Both the position numbers and the translations under genes were made by a program. DNA of 63,038 bases from a bacterium (GTDB lineage: Bacteria > Patescibacteriota > Saccharimonadia > Saccharimonadales > SZUA-47), in NCBI GenBank assembly GCA_030427125.1, contig JAUHXF010000003.1, forward strand, positions 1 to 63,038, written 5' to 3'. Within the stretch, counting starts at the first letter, position 1. Each line of letters begins with the position of its first letter. Below are positions 51,589 to 60,500 of the stretch, one piece after another. The notes below the pieces were generated by a model. The model was not told the origin of the DNA and made no database searches. It was given only the letters and a program-made list of their open reading frames with translations.

Positions 51589-54500
51589 TTACTGGAGGAT
51601 CTGGTAGTCGAAGCTGTAAGTCTCGTTCTCTGCCGGAATGTCGACAAAGTGAAGAGTGAAGCCATTTTCGTCACGGGTTACAAAGTAATCTATCGTTGCT
51701 GAAGATGCGTCGAGCGGTGTTAGTGTCACGCGCGGTGCTTGATCATACGCTTCATCGAATATGATTTCTATCTGCTCTCCAGCTGCGATTGGATTCGCTA
51801 CTGTATCTGTACCCGTTTCGAATTCGATTGTTCCAGCAGTGTCATTTCCTTCGATAGTGTAGCTACTTCCCTGTCCTGTGGTGGTTGCACCTAGCACCGC
51901 AGTAGGTACATTACCGGCGGTGATAATCTTACCGTTGACTTTGAGGTCGGCTACTTCTGTGGTGCCTGTTACTTTGAGATTAGCTATGGTCGCTGTTCCT
52001 GTGACGGTTAGCTTAACGGTGGTTGCCTGGTTAGTTACGGTGATATTTTTCTTAGTGAGAGAGTTAGTTGTGGACTCGAGGACTGAGAGACGTGATTCAG
52101 CTGATGAGATGCGGGAAGTGTTTGACTGGACTTGAAGATCGAGCTCTTGGATAGAAGATGCAAGAAGAGATGTAAGGTGACGGTACTTTACTCCTGTAAG
52201 CTCACCTTCAGTGTCAAACTCTGCAAAGATCGGATTTACTGCCGCAACCTCTTCTGCAATGAAGCCAGTGTCCCAAATCTTATCATTTATGTTCCACTTA
52301 TATTTAACAGGTCGAAGTTGGCGAAGCGTTTCGAGGCCCCAAGGTAGTGTCGTAGTGTGGTCTTTGAAGCGCTGAAGCGATGTACAACGTGTGAGTGCGT
52401 AAGCTGTTACGCCAAGCTGTGTGTCGCCTGCGTTACGACAAACGGTGTTGCCTGTAAAAGCTGTGTTTGTAAAGCGAAGGTCACCAATATTCATCCCCGT
52501 AGCTCTATGATTCCCTGTTTCAAAATAGTAGTTCAATCCATCAAAGCCTAAACCTATAGTAGTCGAAGAGACATTACTAAATGTGAGATCACCACCAAGT
52601 GTTAAATTATCAGGTGAATATATTTCATTTGCGTTGTAATCAAATCTTAGATACGAAGCACCTGGCTGTGCGTTAGATACAGCTCCTGAGCCAATGAAGC
52701 CATAGCCATCCCCTCTGTATGTCATGTGCATAGAAGCTGCACCAGCCAATCCAGATTCACCTATTGATATGATGGCACCCTGACTGGTCCAGTTATCACC
52801 AGTATTTGGCGAAGCCAGTACAAGAGCAGGCTGAGCTAAGCCCGGTGCGACATACAGATCGCCGTTCGGATCAATTCTTAGCTGTCCGGCACTTGATGAA
52901 CAGCCCGAGGCTGTACAGTTTGTTCCAAACCTTAAGTCTGTGCCACTTGCAGACCAAATCATTGATCTGCCCGTACCTTCACTAAATACTAATCCTCCAC
53001 CCCAGTTCCCTTCTACCCGAATTGCGGCATCATCGTTTGATGTCGGGCTGAATCCAGCCCTCAATACAGTAAGGGCATTATCTGGAGCAGTGTTTCCTAT
53101 GCCGACATTTCCATTAGCTCTTGCTGTCAATATAGCTGTGTCATATGTAAAGTCTCCTGTATAGTTACCGCCGCCGCTGATAATACTAAAAGCGTCTGCT
53201 CCATCATTTTCATATAGTCCGACAACCAGATGTCCTGAATTGGCTCCCTGTATTAAACCGCCGAAGGTAGATCCAGGTACTAGACTTGTGATATCGGTAT
53301 CTCCAGAGCCATAAGATAATAGCTGAATAGAATTACTATTGACACCTATCTTTCCAGTAAAATCAAAATCACCTGACGTATTTACAGTGAGTCGCACAGT
53401 ACCGGCAGTCGAAAGGTTTGGTTCATGGAATAATCTGAGCGTACTAGAAGAGTTGTCTAGATTCCAAACAACATTTGCAGCAGGGTTTGTTGCGTTTCCT
53501 AGTGTGAGCCTAGATTGTCCAGAGCCAGCAACGAGCAAGTTTCCTCCCCACACGGTTGTTTTTACATCTGTGTCATGCTGTGTAGATGTGCCGATACCCA
53601 CAAAATCTCCGGAATTTACCAAAGTAGTAGACCCACCTGACGATGTCCATGCGCCACTTCCTCCACTACAGTTACCAAGGTTGACTAGACATACCTCATC
53701 GGTACCCACAAATGCTGGTATATCTAATACGGTATCGCCTCCAAGGTTATCAACTTGCAATGTTACTGTTTGACCAGTGCCATCAGATATTCGTAGTTGC
53801 CCTTGAGAAGTTGGTTCTCCAACTAGAACAGTGTCCCTGAGGAAAGTTGTGCCTCCAGCAGACTGGATGACATAGTTGTTCCCCAAAGAAGCTTGGCCGC
53901 CGTAGACTGTGTTGGTTCCTTGATCAAGTATTGTGCTGGATCCAGAACCGTAAAATGTGTTACCTTCAAGAATTGTCCCATCCGCTGACGATTGAATATG
54001 GATTGCGTAACCTGTACCTGAAGTATTAGTAATAAAGTTGTTTGAAATCTTTATATTATCACCTATAACATTTATACCGTCCAATCCCGAAGAATCTAGG
54101 CCGAAGTTTTCTATTCTGTTATTACTCACTATTGTATCCACGGATCCAGAATTTATATAAATTCCATCGTACCCCGTATCCTTGATATTATTGCCATCTA
54201 TTACAGTATTTTCTGATTGTGAAAATATACCATAGTCACTGCTAATATTGGATATTATATTGTTAGTCACAATTGTGTTGTTGGATTCAGTCTCTAAAGC
54301 TATGCCAGGATCACTTATTGATCCTGAGATAGTATTATTTGAGATAATATTCTCAAGAGAATTTTGTATTCGTATACCATAGCCACCAGCTGATATTGTG
54401 TTGCCTTCTATTAAGGTTCCTGATCTCAAACCTGCACTACCGTTAGCAACGTATATCGTATCTGCTGTTGCAATATTTGAGGTGAAAGAGTTGCCGGATA

Positions 54501-57500
54501 TTACATTGTTTTGAGCTATTCCTGTAGGAGAATATATGTATATAGCATGGTTAAAGGCAGGACCATTATAATCTGTTAATGTACTATTGATAACTTTGTT
54601 ATTTGAACTATCTTGAAAATGTATATTTGATCCATATGCAAAGTTAATGATGTTTACATTTTCTATAATTCCTCCAACCCTTCTTGTAGTTGGTTCTCCG
54701 ACATCGTCAAAATATATAGCTCGTTGAGTGCCACCAGTACCCAGGGAGCCGTCAAGTGTCAGATTACGGATAGTTTGACCGGTTCTATTTGTACCTGTAG
54801 CTTGAATCAAGTTGTCTGTTCCGGCACCTACTGAAAGCCTAATAATTGTGCCAATTCCTGCTCCTTCAAGAGTGGTGTTATTAGGTATGAGGATTGTACC
54901 GTCTGCAGTATACGTGCCTTCTGCAAGGTAGACTTTACCACCTGCCGCCGCAGAAAGCGCTGAGTTAATCTCTGTTTCGTCGCTTGTACCGTCAGTGTAG
55001 TAATCAGCTGTGATGCCTGAGCCTGATGGAGCGACGATGAAAGTAGCTGTCTTCGGACCGGCACATGCTCCCCAGACAGGCAGCGTGCCGTTTGATACAA
55101 GACATTGGCCATTGGTACCTATACTTCTTTTAGCTATAGTTGTGCTGTTTGATGCATAGAGAATATCGCCGGTTGTATATGAAGTGATGCCAGTACCGCC
55201 GCGAGCAGTTGTTAATGTCCCACCTGTAAAGAATGTACCAGCATCTGCATTCGTTACATTGCTCAAAACACCTGTGCTGTTTATTCTAGTTGTGCCAGCT
55301 GTACGTATTTCAGAACCAGCATCAACAGTCTGATCGACATATAATCTGCCATCATTTGTGAGCGACATAGCTCCTTGTGACTGTGAGTGACCATCTTGGC
55401 CCCACCACCAACCACGGTTAGCCGTGTTGTTCATTTGGAATGTCATGGCATAACCATTTAGGTATCCGTATGTAAAGGAGTTTTGCATACCTATTGTGTA
55501 AAGGTTGCTGTTCCAAACCCGAATCTTGTCTCTTGTGCTAGTTGAGTTTGCAGTGTAGACACCAGAATTAGTAATATTCCCGAAAGTTACGCTGTCTGTA
55601 GTCTGAACATTTTGATTCATATCATATAGTTCATTCGCACCTTGACCGGTGTCTAAGGTAGTAGCTGTCAAAGCACCTGAGAATGATCCTGAGCCAGCAT
55701 TTACGATGTTCCTGCTGCCATCGATGATTGCTGTGGTGCCTATTTTAAGATCCCTAACTCGCAGTGTTTCATAGCCGGTACCAGGATTATCTAACACGGC
55801 AAGATCACCGGATGTGTCACCCTCTAGGAAACCAAACTGCGACGCTACTGCACCACCGAGATGGAAGCCAATGCGTGGAGACCTACCGGATGCGCTTGTT
55901 TCGTACACTTCGATACCAGCCTGTGAATATGCAGCTCCACTGCTTCCTGTGAATCTTTGTTCAGCAGTGAAAAGCTGGTTAGATCGATCAAGTAGTGCAA
56001 CGTTTGAAGTCAATCGAGCATCAGCTAGAGTGCCTGAACTGATGTTAGAAGCGTTGAGGCTAGTCAGCGAAGCTCCAGAACCAGAGAATAGATTACCATT
56101 GATAGTACCCGGCACCGTAAGAGAACCATCTGCTCCGAAAGTAGAAGCATAACTTGCTGCATAGCTGCTCTGTCTATTTGTTATTACTTGAACTGCACCG
56201 TCTGCAGTCAGGTATAACTCTTCGCTGGTTGTACCTGCAGCAATTCCAAGATCACTAACCAATGCGACACCGTTGTCTCCCGCATGTAGAATAGTTGAAC
56301 TATCTGAATACTGAACATAGCCGCCTTGGTTTGTAATTTGCTGCATTGCACCACCAGTCCAGGCTAATCTGTTGTTGCCTGTCGAAGCGCCTAAAGTAAC
56401 TGAGTTAAATGTAGGATTGTCGGATGTTCTGAGGTTTTGGTTACCAAGATATCCAGCGATAGTATTCACTTCTTGTGCGCCGTTGCCTGTGTTGATGGTT
56501 GCGAAGGTTGGTGCAGATGTTGTTGCGATATCCTGAGGCAAGCTTAGAGTAATGTTCGATCCAGATGGAGTAACCGTTATTTGGTTAGCTGTACCTACGA
56601 CGTTAAGGTTACCTGTTAGTGAATTTAAGCTCAGTACTCCGGAACCCGCGGATGCGTAATTACAATTATTGCTAGCGTCACAAATCTCATTTCCAAATAC
56701 ATATGCATCATTTGTATCTGCCTCAAGCTGAAGAGGGTGTGGACCTTCCCATGCATCGTCTTCGTTGCGATCCGCCAATACATAGAAGTTGTTCGAATTC
56801 ACATGAATCCAAAAATTGTCGTTTGCATCGCTATCGTTAAAGTAAAGCTGAGGTGAAGCTTCAGTCAATGTTAGTTCTGCTCCAAATGAAGGACTGTCGG
56901 TCGTACGCAAGTTTTGGTTACCTAGGTACTCAGCAATTGTGTTTACTTCAAGCGCACCATTCCCAGTATCTATGGTAGAGATATTCTGAAGGGCGCCGGC
57001 ATTAGTCAGTCTAGTTGTTCCTGCTGTTTGTATCGCTCCAGTTACAAAATTAGTGTTTCCTGTGCCCTGATCGATTATCAATCTATCGGCGCTTCCATCT
57101 GTCACTACAAGGTCATCACTGGCTGCACCGTCATTCCAGATACTCCATCTTTCAACACTCTGGTTATAGAACGCTATTCCTATATCTCTATCAAAGTTAG
57201 AGTTAAGTTGAAGTGCAGTTCTATTACCTTGGTTTGCAGTGTTATTAATACGTGCAATTGCAGTTCCTTGACTCTGTCCGTCGTTTACAGTGAAGCCTCC
57301 CCCTACTGTAATATCGCCACCACTCTCTGTAATCACTGAATCGCCTAGCGTTCCAGTTCCAGTAAATACTGGTACTGTTCCGCTTGTTCCAGAGCCAGTT
57401 ATCGCTCCTGAGCCAGCAGTACAGGTAACGAGTTGGTTTGAGCCGTTGAGACAGATTGCTGAGCCTGTGCCTGCTCCTAAGCCTGTGTAAGTGATTGTGC

Positions 57501-60500
57501 CAGAACTTGTTATGCCAGTCAGGCCAGTAATGCTATTGGTAGCAGTAATTGCTCCTGTATCCTGTACCTTAAACACAAATCCGGTGTCGTTATTTGCCGG
57601 CGCTACCGCGCTGTGAATTGTAAATTCATCAGAGCTATTATTGTTTGTGTCTAAGAATATTCGAGTGTTATTGATTGAGTCAATAAGTATGCCGCTACCA
57701 GACTCTTGGATGCCTGCAACAGTACCGTTGAAAGTAATTTCTTTGCTCGCACCACTTAGTGCTAAATTTCCTGTTAAAGTAGCGCCGCCAAAGGTAGGCG
57801 AATCAGTAGTTCTAAGATTTTGGTTACCAAGATACTCAGCAATAGTATTCACTTCTAGCGCACCATTGCCCGTATCAATGGTTGTGATGTTCTGAAGAGC
57901 ACCGGCATTTGTAAGTCGAGTTGTACCGTTAGTCTGCAGGCCTCCTGTTGTAATATTAAAGTTTCCTGCTGAAGATAGATTTGCCGCCTCATACTCCGTA
58001 GAATTTGATACACGAAGTGATAGTGATGTATTGCCTGTACCTTGATATCCTGCTGTTATAGCTGCTTCGTTCGCACCTGATATACCAAATGCTAGGTATT
58101 CAGTTGATGTATTTGCACCATCAATACGCAGCGTAAGTGCATCATCTGAGCCATTTGCAATTTGTAGTTTTGTAGATGGATTGTTCAAACCTACACCCAA
58201 GTTCCCATTTTCAAAATATGAATTACCATCAGTAACCGTAAAGAAGTCGCTTGTATCTGCAAAGTTACTCACCTTTAGCAATGTTGCATCGCTTCCTGAG
58301 TTTCCAGCTAAGATTTGTACACCTTTAGCAGTACCGCCGCCATTAGAAATTGATACATTGTAATTCGTATTACTGCTGTTGGTTAGACCTAGCGTCTGCC
58401 CGTTGTAGGTGAAGCCTGCTCCTGAAGCTATAGAACCACTACCGTTAAAGTAAGCTACTTGGTTAGCTGTGCCACTTCCAGTAATACCGCCTCCACTTGA
58501 ACATGCTCCCCATGAGGCAGTGGTGCCATTAGATACGAGACAGGTGTTGTTGCCTCCGATGCCTAGTTTGCTCCAGGTGTTTGAGCCTGCTCCGAGGAGT
58601 AGATCTCCTACAGACGTAGTGGACTGACCTGTACCACCACGGGTGGCTGCAAGCGTACCAGTGGTACCAGTTCCTAGTGGGAGACTGGTTGCGTCAGTAA
58701 GGTTAAAGGCTGGTGTAGCATCACTAGAACCAAGGGATACAGATACTCCACCATAGCTGACTGAACTATTTGCTAAGTAAGTATTAGCTATAGCATTACC
58801 TTGGTAGGTAACATTCTGTAATACCCCCGCGTTAGTAAGCCGGGTAGTGCCCCCTGTTTGGATAGCACCACCTGTTGAATTGATGTTACTGCTAAATGTG
58901 CCCGTTCCATTGATGAATAACGCTGGGTTATTCACATCAATCCAACCAGTCACGACATCTGAATCAGTTTCAATAAACTGTATTTGAGCATCAGCTTCCA
59001 ATGAAATACCTAAGTCATAAGGAGCTGAACCTCCGCCAGTTAGAGCATTTATCCCGCTCCTAAGCGGAATAACTGCATAGTCAGCACCAGCTCCAGCGGA
59101 TCCGGTAGCTCCAGAGCCTGTAGCAAAGCTCGCATCCCCATTCACCGTCAGCCCATTGAATGTCGGCGCTGAAGTAGTGGTGAGGTTCTGCCCTGTATCA
59201 TACTCAAGCTGTGTGTTTCCAATCGAGTTATTTGCTATAGAAAGGTTTATGTTTGAGCCTGATGGGGTGACAGTAAGTTGGGTGTTGCCTTGGATGCTGA
59301 GTGCACCGGTGAGGGAGTTAAGTGAAGTGACGCCTGCTGTGCCAGCAACACTGGCTTGAGACACCCAGGTGAAGCCACCAGTAGTGTGGTCATAAGTAGC
59401 AACGTAGTTATCTTGGCCTGCTCCTGGAGCAGTGGTGTTGTCTAGGTCTTGTGCAAGAATCGTGTCATTGGCTATTTCTTGGGTACGAACAGAACCATCA
59501 ACTATCTCGGCTGAGTTAACACTGTTTGTTGCCAGTGAGGTAGCATCAATGCTGTTGTCGGCTATTTGGGCATCGTCTATACAGTTGGCGGTAATGGATA
59601 CGTCATTGGCATTGGCAGTGATACAGGTGCCTGCTCCGACGTTGAGGGTTGTGCTTCCGCCAAGAGAGACAGAGCCACCGTTAGCTAGGCCATTACCAGC
59701 GGTGACGGTAATAGAAGAGTTTTGTAGTTCTCCATTAGAGATTTGTCCATCGTCTATGATGGATAGGTCTGTTTCAGATATGTTGGTTGAACCTATGATG
59801 AGGTTAGCACCGGTAATGGTTAAGTCTCCAAGTAAGCTTGCATTGCCTGTCTCTGCGACTTGGAAGAGGATGTTGGTTGGGGTGAGGTCACCAAGGCCTT
59901 CGTTCTTCACCACTGAGAAGGTTTGGGTATCTGCATCATTGTTGTTGTAGTCAATGGCGATGATGGCTGAGTCTTCTGCTCGAACGGCTAGGTTACCGCC
60001 ACTGTCATAGATATCTCCACCAAGGGCAGCGATGTCTCCATCGGATTGAAGGAAGTCTGTTTGGACGGTACCGTCAAAGTAGGCATTAGCAAACTGTTCG
60101 GTAGCAGTACCTAAGTCATAGGCATTGGTTGTGCTTGGGATGATGTTACCACCAACCGTGATCTGTCCGGCTGGGTTGAGGAGGATGTCGCCTGATGTGG
60201 TTGTTTGTAGGGTGAGGTTGCTACTTGTTCTATTGATGGTGGTGACAAAGTCTAGTTGGGACTCCAGGTTAATGGTTGTTCCTGTGATGTCTATGTCATT
60301 ACCTGCACTATACGTTGTGTCTGTACCGACACCACTTTGAGCTACCCAATTGAAGCCACCTGTTGAATGATCATAGATAGCTACATAGGTATCTTCAGAA
60401 GCTCCTGGAGCTGCGCCGTTGTTTTCGAGGTCGACGGCGAGGATTGTGTCATTAGCTATTTCTTGGGTGCGGACTGAGCCATCAACTATCTCTGCAGAGT

